Below, piece after piece: positions 53,810 through 64,000 of a stretch of 64,000 bases of DNA (within the stretch, counting starts at the first letter, position 1; each line of letters begins with the position of its first letter). The translations under genes were made by a program, and so were the position numbers. This stretch comes from Octopus sinensis (taxonomy: Eukaryota), in NCBI RefSeq assembly GCF_006345805.1, contig NC_042999.1, positions 45,570,001-45,634,000 on the forward strand, written 5' to 3'. Under the pieces are notes generated by a model. It saw only the letters and a list, made by a program, of their open reading frames with translations, was not told where the DNA came from and did not search any database.

Positions 53810-54915
53810 GACTTGTTTCAAAATATGTAAAAGATTAAATTTGCCAGGAGCTTTATGTTACTAAATGACTAAATTTTAAAAGAAGACATGCTCCAAAATA
53901 TCTATATAATAATCTGCTTGTTCGTTTTTCCATTATACTTTAGTTAGCTGGAGTGGTGGAGGTGAAGTAAAAGTGAGAAAGAGAGAGAAGAGAGAAGAAA
54001 TGTGAGCAGAGAAGAAAGAAGAGAGGAATAAATATAATACACTAAGGCCAAATGCATCATGTGATTAGTTGAAGGGAGAGGTGAAGAGTGAGAGAAAAAG
54101 ACAGTGAGAGAAAAGTGGGAGAGAGAAGTGTTAATGATGTGCTGTAGGGTGGGGAGGGGAAGGTGAAGAGAAAGAGAGAAATGTTGAAGACATGAAGAAG
54201 GGTTAAAAAGTTTGTTGAAGAGATAGAGAAAAACAGAAAAATATAAAGTGTTTAGCAGAGGGAAATTTTAAAATGATATAATACATTATTGTGACTGGAA
54301 GTGAAAAACTTAGCAAATATTAATAAAAATGCGAATCATCCTCTGTTTCTTAAATAGCTTTTCTTAATCTTTTTCATTCTGTGAAATTTCCACAGGTCTG
54401 AGTAGTGTGTTTAAATTTGCTAGAGGCTCTCTGTTATAAAATAACTAAACCAAAAAAGACGGCATACTCCAAAATATGTAAATGACTAAATTTGATGGAA
54501 GCATCCTGTTACTAAACACTACTGTATTTTTTAGCATATAAGTCAAATGTTTCAGACTAAGATTTACAGCCAAAAAAAAAAAAAAACCTAGACTTATACA
54601 CCAAGACGATTTTTGAGCACTAAAAGTTGCATGTGAAGTGCAGCAAGATTTGGACTGACAGTGACAGTGTTTGACTGTTTATACCATATACTATTTTGGC
54701 TTGTATACTGGAAAATATGGCAAATTTAAAAGGAAGACTTGTTCCAAAATATGTAAATGTAAATATGTAAAGTTACAAGAAACATCGTGTTACTATTCAA
54801 CTAAATTGAAGAGAATGACTTGCTCCAAAATGTGCAAATGGCTAAATTTTCTAGAAGCATTATGTTAATAAATGGCTAAATTAAAAAGAAAGACTTGATC
54901 GAAATATGTAAGAGC
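53810..54915. repeat. Diverged ~75-81-bp minisatellite in three patches
   Basis: gacttgctccaaaatatgtaaatgactaaattt motif at 53810, 53885, ~54458, 54736, 54817, 54892. Confidence 0.7.
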
Positions 54916-55130
54916 TTTGTTGTTTAATCAACTGAATTACCCATTTATTAAATTCATTTGTAAGTGGTCACTATTCCTGTTATGAATCAGCTTGAAATAG
55001 CATTTGATAAGGCTGGACCTTTTTTTTTGAATTACAGCTATAGTTCACCATTTGACTGTGCCTCCACTCATATTCACCATTCACTGTATTCACCTCTGTC
55101 CATCTGCTACTTCCACACTCTAGCAATCCT

Positions 55131-55389
55131 TATTTCCTTATTGCCCACAAGGGGCTAAACACAGAGGGGACAAACAAGGACAGACAAATGGATTAAGTCA
55201 ATTATATCGACCCCAGTGTGTAACTGGTACTTAATTTATTGACCCCGAAAGGATGAAAGGCAAAGTCAACCTGGCGGAATTTGAACTCAGAATGTAATGG
55301 CAGACGAAATGCTTAGCGGCATTTCGTCTGCTGCTAAGCATTTCGTCCGGCGTGCTAACGTTTCTGCCAGCTCGCCGCCTTTACCCTCT
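55131..55389 (-). mobile_element. Nin-domain-type SINE
   Basis: 16-bp TSD acactctagcaatcct (55115-55130 / 55390-55405). Confidence 0.9.
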
Positions 55390-56127
55390 ACACTCTAGCA
55401 ATCCTACCTGCCCACTCACCCTCTGGACCATCCTTCTAATCATTCACCTTCCTGCAACTTGAGGGTGCATCCTAGCACTTCTGCACCTTCTTCTCTTCTC
55501 CTCAGGTATAACCATGTATCTCCTACTGCAAGACACCGGTTCCTTTCTCTTTATCATACTTTGGCCTCTCATTACCCAGCATAAAACTACCTCCCTCAAT
55601 ATTACACTCCTCAGTTGCAGAGTCTTGTTTTATGAGTTACCTGGTAACCTTACTTGAGATGTTGCTAGGTAAAATGTGCTCAGTACATTCTGTGGAGTGG
55701 TTGGCATTAGGAAGGGTATTTAGCTGCAGAAACTGTGTCATAGCAGATATTGGAAGTTGGTGCTTATTGGATCCTATCAAACTGTCCACCCCATACCAGT
55801 GTGGAAAATGGATGTTAAATGCTGACAATCATGATGATAGATCCATCAATCTACACAATTTCACTCACAAGGTCAAAACCTGCCTAAGATGCCAAGATGT
55901 AGGATTGAAACTTGGACATCATGCCTGCAAAGTAAACTTCTTAATCACTTGACCATGTTTGTGTCATGCCCATGATTAAATGAAGAAGGAAAAAAAAATG
56001 AAATTGAAAAAATACCTGTTGTTGTTTCTGATACTACTATTACTACTTTTTATTGGCTTCATTTCTCTCAAGCTTATGCATGTCCTCGGCTCTCATAGCC
56101 CATGTTTCACTGCTATACAGAATAACT

Positions 56128-56282
56128 GTCTGCACACAGAAATATAGCATCAGTAGTGCCTCTACCTAGCACAAAGCCAAACTGCATCTCGTCTAGACTA
56201 GCTTTTTCCCTAATTAGTTGGGCTATGACTCTCTCTGCAACTTTCATCACCTGATCCAACAATTTGATACCTCTATAATTAT
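56128..56282 (-). mobile_element. RTE LINE reverse-transcriptase fragment
   Basis: NYRGIKLLDQVMKVAERVIAQLIREKASLDEMQFGFVLGRGTTDAIF. Confidence 0.9.
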
Positions 56283-58181
56283 ATATAATGTGTGTGTGTG
56301 TGTGTGTATTACTGTTTCCTTGTTTTGATATCACATGATAATTGTAAATGACTGTCACCATCATGAGAGTGACATCCTTTGTTTATAATTCTGCCAGATA
56401 AAAAATTTGTCAAGTTAGTTGACATGTTATGTGTACTGCCCACTCAACAGTTCAAATTCCTAGATCCTTCTTCAAAACTATAATGACCTGCTGCCCTCTT
56501 ATTTCTAGCCAACACAGTTTGTCTAGCTTCCAGAAATTTTGAGTTTGGTGTAAGGATGTATGGCTTAGAACTTTGCTTCTCAACCTCATAGTTTTGGGTT
56601 CAGTCTCACCACACTGCACCTTGAGCAAGTGTCTACTTCTATGAACCCGGAGCAACCATTGTTTTGTGAGGTAATTTGATAGAAGGAAACTGAAAGAAGC
56701 CTGTTGAGTGTGTGTACGTGTGTTTACAAATTTGCAGTGAGTTATGCAACTGATGGTATCACCATTTGCAACTGAACAGCAAGTTGTGATTGTTAGCTTG
56801 GTGATTTAAAATTTCCCTAGAATTGAAATGCTCTTACTTGATAAACAGGTAAAGGTTAGTCACTGGAAGAGCAACCAACTGTAAAAACCTTGCCTTAACT
56901 ATCTCCTCGTCTTAAAAGATGTTAAATGAATAAATGGATGAGTACATCTCTGTCCTATCCAAGAGTTCTCATTTGTTTAAGGTTGCAAAATACCCTTCTA
57001 TGAAAAAATCCCCTCAGCATTTTGAAGACATTGGAAGTTTTAAGATAACTGTTACCTCCATTGTGAAAAAAGTGTCTCTGTCTTTTTGCATTATGTAGCT
57101 TGTAATTCTCTTTAAGTGAACATTTTTCTGGTTGAAATACATGGAAAAATGGCAACACAGCAGTCAAAAAATCGTAAAAAATAGGGATTTTCATAGAAAA
57201 AAAGCACCTTTTGATATAAAGAATTTTTGATGTTAACATGGTCTGATCTGAATTTTTTCTTCAACAGAAGGAAGAGCAAGCCTTCTTCTATCATACTCTC
57301 AATTTTGGTCAACTTGCACTGCAGGGTCTCGGAGGAGATAGTGTTAATTGAAGGCTATCAAACCTGCCAAACACAGACAACTTCAGCTTTATATATATAG
57401 AGATGTAATGCTGCAGTGCAGTGAGGTGCATGCTGTTGAGTGGAAGATATGTGAAAGCTAGAGTTTACAGATCTAATTGAATGTGTGGCATTAACTTGCA
57501 TAACTGAGCATGTGACATTAACTGGTGAATCAGGAACAGCGGCTGTGCTGATATGGTCTTATAAGACAAACGGATGATGCTTCTTGGTTGGCAAAGTGTT
57601 TGGGTGGAATATTTGAAGGTAGTAAAGGAGGAAGTTGTTGAAATACACTAGAGAAAATAGTAATGAGAAAATTTTGAACCTGAAAGCTAAAATAGTGTGT
57701 GACAAAGAAATGTAACGAAAATAATGAGTATTTTGTTGATATCATTTTTACATGGTATTGGTACCAAATTTTTAATGGAAAATATTTATAGTTGGTGGAT
57801 TGGCAGTTATTTGGAGACTGTACTATCTGCAATCATTTTAAACCCAATACAATAAAAACACTGCATGGAGTGTACTTATCAATGATGATAGATAATGATG
57901 TGAGTTAATGGAGGTTACAAGGTTTGGATTAACTGCTAATGGTTGGTCAGGGACCTAAGAAACATTGCTTTTGTTACTTTTGTATTTCTCTTAAAAAAAA
58001 CAAGAATTATATCAACATTTAGTTATAACAAAAATTTAATTTCTCTGCTTTATTTAAGTAGGCATTAGTGTGTCATACTCAACCAACAGAACCTTTGAAA
58101 ATCCATTTCATAATGTCCTCTCTTGTGAATTTAAAATTTTCCCAAAGTATATCAATAAGCAATCAATAAATACGATAATTT

Positions 58182-58220
<39 letters not shown>

Positions 58221-58740
58221 TTTAATTTAGTTTGAAATTACTTTTTTGCTCTCTATCCTTTACCGTTATAGTCAACTGTAGGTGCATGTGTGTTTCTTTT
58301 ATATTCCAATGTTGGTAGAAGCTTGTCTTCAGGCTGGGTTTCCGTGTCATTTATTATTTGTGCAATGTCTTATTTATTATTTATTCAGTCCATGTCACAT
58401 TATTTTCATGTTTTGATGCTTTCTTCTAAATAATATCACTTTTTTTTTCATTTACTTTGTCAAGAAAGAAAATTAATCATGCCATCTTTGTTTATTTATA
58501 AATTCTCTATTTATTTTAAATAACCCAGTGATTTTCAGATAAATATTAAAAACAAAACAAAAAAACAAGAAAAAATTCATTATAGAAGAATATGAGTTTA
58601 AGAGCAAAATTATCCTCCTCCTCCTCCTCCTTCTTCTTCTTCTTCTTTCCTCCTCCTCCTACTGCTCCTTCTTCTTTCCTCCTCCTCCTGTTGCTGCTGC
58701 TCCTCCTTCTCCTCCTCCTCCTCCTCTTCTTCTTCTTCTA

Positions 58741-58771
<31 letters not shown>

Positions 58772-58885
58772 CCTCCCATCAACTGTGACAACAACTATAT
58801 TGAATTCTTTTGATTGTTTTCATTGTGTCTTAATCTTTCATAACCTCTGATACTGTTTCCTTTATTTATTTTCCTTTAATTTCAG

Positions 58886-58974
58886 CTGTCAATCCTTTTG
58901 CTGCTAATAATCTGTCTTTCTTATCCTTCACTGACAGCAACTTGTGCAAAAGATGGCTAGATTTCTCGATATAA
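58886..58974 (+). other. Candidate exon behind a very strong 3' splice site; function unresolved
   Basis: ~80-nt pyrimidine-rich tract ending tttcctttaatttcag; phase-1 frame (A)VNPFAANNLSFLSFTDSNLCKRWLDFSI*; no good donor; AATAAA and A-tracts downstream. Confidence 0.4.
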
Positions 58975-59429
58975 TTTCTATTTTCATTAATAAAACTTTC
59001 CAATCGAGATTACTTGAATCAACAGCAAATTTCATTTTTGCATTTTCAAACAGAGAGCATACGCACGCAGACACACACAAAACAATAAAAAAAAGCAACT
59101 GCAACAACAACAAAATAAAAGCAAGAATGTGTATCTTGTAACAAAAAGCCCACTGAAATAAGCGTTTTTGAATGATAATGTTTCTTTCCATGATCATTAT
59201 CCACTGCTGCATCACTGCCATTGTCATTATCATCATCCTGATCATAATCATTCCTTTTATTATCAACATCATAATCATCATCATCATCCTCAGTATCATA
59301 TCATTGTTTGATGCTGCTATCATTCTTGTTATGCTACCATTCTGATATGTTTTTCCCAACTTGTCTACATTAATATTTTTCTCCTTTTTTTAAAAAAATT
59401 TTTCTTTCTTTTCCTTTTCTCCTTTTCAG

Positions 59430-59470
59430 GAAGCTTTTTATTGGTCGTTTAAGCTGGGAGACTCGTTCAG
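59430..59470 (+). CDS. Internal coding exon of an RRM RNA-binding protein (RNP-2 strand), Musashi/DAZAP1/hnRNP A/B-D-like group
   Basis: Long polypyrimidine tract + CAG acceptor (tttctttcttttccttttctccttttcag), donor CAG|gtattt; 41 nt, phase 2 in / phase 1 out; translates (R/G)KLFIGRLSWETRS, cf. KLFVGGLSWETTQ-type RNP-2. As I recall, Musashi and DAZAP1 genes have a 41-nt phase 2/1 exon at this position. The next RRM exon was not found in the window. Confidence 0.75.
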
Positions 59471-60220
59471 GTATTTAAACTTTATATTTTTATGTCAGTT
59501 TATTGTTGGCTTTTGTAAATAGCTACAATGTTAAAAAAAAAAAAAAAAAGTGATTTAAAAAGAAAATAAGAAGAAAGAAATGGTTTTTTGAAATGGATTT
59601 TTTTTCTTTTTTTTTTTTCAAAAAATTTTTATGCTGCCCTGAATCAAATACCACAATTTTTTTTACCCCCTTCTTTTGATTAAACAACTTCCGAGAGAAT
59701 TGAAAAACTCACATAGCCAAGCAATCAATAAATATTAAGTAAAAAAAAATAAAAGAGCCAAGAAAATGAGAAAAACAAGAAACAAAAAAAAAACCCCAAA
59801 AGATACACAAATTGGGTATTTTATATAAAGAATTTTTAAAGCTGCAAGAAATCCATTTCTATTTAAATTCCTGCAGAAACTATATCAGATACAATGATGT
59901 CATTAATCAAAGCAACAGAGTGGCAGAAATTCTTGTAGAACACAAAGGCAAGCATGATGGACTTTAACTTGTTGATGCTGTATGGTGGAGTTGTAACTGG
60001 CAATATACAAAATGTCATGTAGTAGTAGAAGTAGTATCTACCTGTCTGTCTGGCTGTCTCACAGGCATGGCTGTGTGGTAAGGAGTTTGCTTCCCAGCTA
60101 CATGGTTCTGTGTTTGGTCCTCTGTGTAGAACCTTGGACAAGTGTCTACCATTACAGTCCTGGATGGCAAAAGGCTTGTGAATGGATTTGGCTGAAGGAA
60201 ACTGAAAGAAGCCCAGGATA

Positions 60221-61467
60221 CAGTGAATAAATTGTTGTCTAAGTTATGCAAAAATGAAAATAACACAGACATCTCATTTTAACAGATATATTTACAAAAA
60301 TTACATTAAAATATTTTGAAATACTAACGAGTAAATTTATTCAATAAAATCGCCATTGGCTTCAACTATGGCCTCCAGCTGACTTCGGAATCTCCTGCAA
60401 CTCTTCTGGATGGTATCTTTGTTTAAGTTGGTGAATGCTGCCATAATCCTTGCCTTCACTTCATCTTTGGTGTTACAAGGACTTTTGTTGGTCTCTCACT
60501 CAACTGTGCCCCACACATAATAATCAAAGAGGTTGCAGTCTGGAGAGTTAGGTGTCTAGATGTTAGGGGGTGATGTGGTGACAAAAATTGTCTGACAACC
60601 ATGACTGGGTTCTCCTGCTTGTATGGCATGGTGCAGATTCCTATTGCCAGACATAGGATCTTCTAGCAGCCACCTCTTGACCCAGGGCAGCACTACCTCC
60701 TCCAGGAACTAGACATAGGACTCTGTGTTGAGTATGAGGCCATGTGGGAAGATGAATGGGGGCAAAATGTTGCCACACTCCGAACACCATAAAGTTGACT
60801 GGAAGTTTGATTTTTATCTCTCTCAGTAAATGTTTTGGGAACACAGCAAACCAACAGTTATTCTGTGTGATAATCATCTGGTAGAAATTTTACTTGTCTG
60901 AGAAAACCCAAAGCATATTTGGTTGGAAGGAATGCTTGAATTTGTTCAAAAATTCCATGGCACAGCCTTTCCTCTTGTCCTTGATGGCTTGGGATAAAAA
61001 TTGGCCCTTTCTCATCTTGTACGAGGAATACTGACTGTCTTCATGTCTTACCTGCCTGATAAGAAACTCATACACTCCCATGTCCCTGCGATGGACCTGA
61101 TTGACTTGGGGGGATTGTTGTCAATCATGGTCTGGTTCTCATCAACAAATTTAGGAGTTCTTTTCTTATCAGAACAACCAGAGTGAGTTTTCTGAGCTGC
61201 TGTACCGTTATAATTACCATTGTACTCATCCAACTCATTCCGAATCCTCTGAAATGTTCATATTGGAGCTTCTGGTGCAAATGCCAAGCTGTAGAGCATG
61301 TTGTTTTGAAATTTCTGGGAGAGTGAATTGTGTCATGGTGCTGTTTTTCTCACAGATGGTGCCCAACTGACCCTACTATACTGTATAGTTAACAAAATCA
61401 AAAACAAACAATGTGCATGTGTGAAATTAAAAATATAAAATGGCAACAATTTACCCATCATACCCTC

Positions 61468-61469
<2 letters not shown>
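60221..61469 (-). mobile_element. Near-full-length decayed Tc1/mariner element (DD37D, maT-like)
   Basis: WVFSDK...VFGV...YVWQ*ESAPCHTSRRTQSWL...PNSPDCNLFDYYVW; degenerate TIRs containing taaattgttg(t/c)c. Confidence 0.85.
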
Positions 61470-61500
<31 letters not shown>

Positions 61501-61682
61501 ATATATATATATATATGTAAAGGTGCAGGTATGGCTGTGTGGTAAGAAGCTTGCTTCCCAATCACATGGTTCCGGGTTCAGTCCCACTGCAGTGCACCTT
61601 GGACAAGTGTCTTTTACTATAGCTTCAGGCCAACCAAAGCCTTGTGAATGGATTTGGTAGATGGAAACTGAAAGAAGCCTGT

Positions 61683-61720
<38 letters not shown>

Positions 61721-61871
61721 AATTAAGGACTGAACACGAAAAGTGGACAGTCAACATGCTAGATATAGACGTCAAATCGCCATTCACCACAAAAGATTAT
61801 GTTCTCAGATCAAACTCAGCACAAAACCATAGCAATAAACAAGTGAAAAATATACGAAATAAAATAATTAC

Positions 61872-61935
61872 CCATGTACTAATTAGTTTCGGCTGTTATT
61901 TTCCGCAAGGAAAACTGCAGCCATCATCAGCATGG
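61872..61935 (-). ncRNA. Minimal type I hammerhead ribozyme (second, identical copy)
   Basis: Exact reverse complement of 62518-62581. Confidence 0.85.
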
Positions 61936-62517
61936 TCCGTTATAAATGCAATTTGCTGGACTAGATGCAAACACGATACCGAAATATCGCGTGCATGGAG
62001 TTCAGCCTATTACATTTGAATATATCTATCAAATGCCTTTACTTTGGCGCGTTGAGGCCCGAGAAAACTAGCCTGCAGCTAATAATTAGCAGCAGTCAAT
62101 TTATCGGTTAGAGAACATATTTATTTATATAAAATTAATTAAGGGTAGAAATTGATATTTATCAATTAAGACCAGTGGTCTAGCATATTAAAAAAGAATC
62201 CGAAGATTAAAATATTTATATATACCAATTAAGGACTGAACACGAAAAGTGGACAGTCAACATGCTAGATATAGACGTCAAATCGCCATTCACCACAAAA
62301 GATTATGTTCTCAGCTCAAACTCAGCACAAAACCATAGCAATAAACAAGTGAAAAATATACGAAATAAAATAATTACCCATGTACTAATTAGTTTCGGCT
62401 GTTCGCCAAAGTAAAGGCATTTGATAGATATATTCAAATGTAATAGGCTGAACTCCATGCACGCGATATTTCGGTATCGTGTTTGCATCTAGTCCAGCAA
62501 ATTGCATTTATAACGGA

Positions 62518-62581
62518 CCATGCTGATGATGGCTGCAGTTTTCCTTGCGGAAAATAACAGCCGAAACTAATTAGTACATGG
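62518..62581 (+). ncRNA. Minimal type I hammerhead ribozyme
   Basis: CCATG-CTGATGA-T-GGCTG cag TTTTCC ttgc GGAAAA taa CAGCC-GAAA-CTAATTAG-TA-CATGG: stem I CCAUG/CAUGG, intact core, stem II, palindromic helix III ACUAAUUAGU, GUA cleavage triplet (cut after 62576). Confidence 0.85.
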
Positions 62582-62847
62582 GTAATTATTTTATTTCGTA
62601 TATTTTTCACTTGTTTATTGCTATGGTTTTGTGCTGAGTTTGATCTGAGAACATAATCTTTTGTGGTGAATGGCGATTTGACGTCTATATCTAGCATGTT
62701 GACTGTCCACTTTTCGTGTTCAGTCCTTAATTGGTATATATAAATATTTTAATCTTCGGATTCTTTTTTAATATGCTAGACCACTGGTCTTAATTGATAA
62801 ATATCAATTTCTACCCTTAATTAATTTTATATATATATATATATATA

Positions 62848-63090
62848 CAATAGTTGGAATTTACAAAAAACAAAAGATGAAGATAGGTGTGTAAACAAAA
62901 ACAGGTGTATTAGTTTAACATTTGGGAAGGTGAGAAAGTCTTGTATGTTTTGAGCCTATGCTCTTCAACAGAAAGGAACATGAGAAAATAAACAGAAATG
63001 TGTGTGTGTGTGTGGTTCAAATGTACAGAAAACAATAGACAAAGATAGGTGAGAGAACGACAAATAAGTGTATTAGTTTGACATGTATGT
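62848..63090 (-). mobile_element. Probable older Penelope-like terminal-repeat remnant with decayed hammerhead-like motif
   Basis: Short direct repeats (aagataggtg 62880/63042; gtgtattagttt 62905/63068); minus strand reads CTGTTGAA-GAGC atag GCTC-AAAACATA, i.e. a GAAAC-GTA core after two CpG-type changes. Confidence 0.3.
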
Positions 63091-64000
63091 GTGTGTGTGA
63101 GTTTGTTCTTGTGTTTGTCTCCTACCACTGCTTGGTAACTGGTGTTGGTTTACTTACATCCCTATAACCTATCTGTTCAGGAAAAGACTCCGATAGAATA
63201 AGTATCAGGCTTTAATATAAAGATACGTGCTGGGGTTGATTCTTTCAACTAAAACCTTCCAATGACTAAAACAGGAAAAAGATAAGAAGCCTGCTTCCCA
63301 ACCACATAGTTCTGGATTCAATCCCACTGCATGACATCTTAGGCAAGGGTCTTCTATAGCTTTGGGCTAACCAATGGCTTGTGAGTGGATCTGGTAGATG
63401 GAATATGGAAGAAGCCTGTTGTACATATATATATATATATGTATATATATCTATCTGTGTGTTTGTGTCTGTGTTTGTCCCCCACCCCTGCTTGACAATC
63501 AGTGTTGGTGTGTTTATGTTCTTGTAACTTAGCAGTTTGGCTAAAGAGATTGATAGACTAAGTACCAGGCTTAAAAACAGAAAAAAAATCAGTACCTGAG
63601 TTGATTTGTTCGACTAAAATTCTTTAATGGTGGTGCCCCAATGTGGCCACAGCTCGTGCGCTGAAACTAGATGAAATTAAAAAAAAAGCCAGTGCTCTTG
63701 TTTGGTCACAGTCTACTGACTGAAACAATAAAAGATGAAAGACATATCCAGCCATCCTTTTGTATTGAGTTCAAATCCTGCTAAAGATGACTTTGATTTT
63801 CATCTCCAGACTGATGTTAAAATAAACACCATTATTTATTATATCAAGTTGCATCCTTTCTTCATAAACTGTTTGGTTTTGTGCCAATGCTAGAAGACCT
63901 TGTTAAGTAGTAACAAAGATATATTTGCTGAATAGTTTGAATGATAGATGAATGATTCTAGGTTATGGGTCCAAACGTTGTAACTAAATTTGAATGTTGT

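Larger units (their letters stand above)
61712..62833. mobile_element. Hammerhead-bearing Penelope-like pseudo-LTR / retrozyme-like element: 506-bp tandem period plus inverted arm, inserted in (TA)n
   Basis: 61712-61897 repeated at 62218-62403 (506-bp offset, one mismatch 61809/62315); 62404-62833 is the reverse complement of the unit; (TA)n on both flanks. Confidence 0.7.

Noticed and set aside
59877-59938. Next canonical RRM exon after 59470
   Set aside because: It starts ETI- but lacks the LREYF/FG motif and stops after 20 codons; kept only as a possible poison exon.
61684-62697. Duplicated ORF MLDIDVKSPFTTKDY... (61684-62019 +, 62434-62697 -)
   Set aside because: It is antisense to the hammerhead strand, has no recognisable domain, and is duplicated only because of the inverted repeat.

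Overview
Eukaryotic genomic DNA, very AT-rich and saturated with (TA)n/(CA)n/(TATG)n/(CAT)n microsatellites. The repeat families resemble those of octopod cephalopods (inference; no search run). Most of the 64 kb looks like long + strand intron filled with tRNA-derived SINEs (including Nin-domain type), RTE and CR1 LINE fragments, two decayed Tc1/mariner elements, hAT and pogo-type MITEs and a Helentron/DINE-like element. There is one 100-N gap. Almost all long ORFs in the supplied track are translated microsatellites or transposon relics. The only firm host-gene signal is a 41-nt exon at 59430-59470 encoding an RRM RNP-2 motif (KLFIGRLSWETRS). Several upstream candidate exons each put an ATG in frame with it. 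The most striking feature is a young, near-identical repeat at 61712-62833 with a 506-bp tandem period plus an inverted arm. It carries two intact minimal type I hammerhead ribozymes with a palindromic helix III, a Penelope/retrozyme-like arrangement. Two unexplained long hairpins (33744-33952 and 41089-41156) also merit checking.
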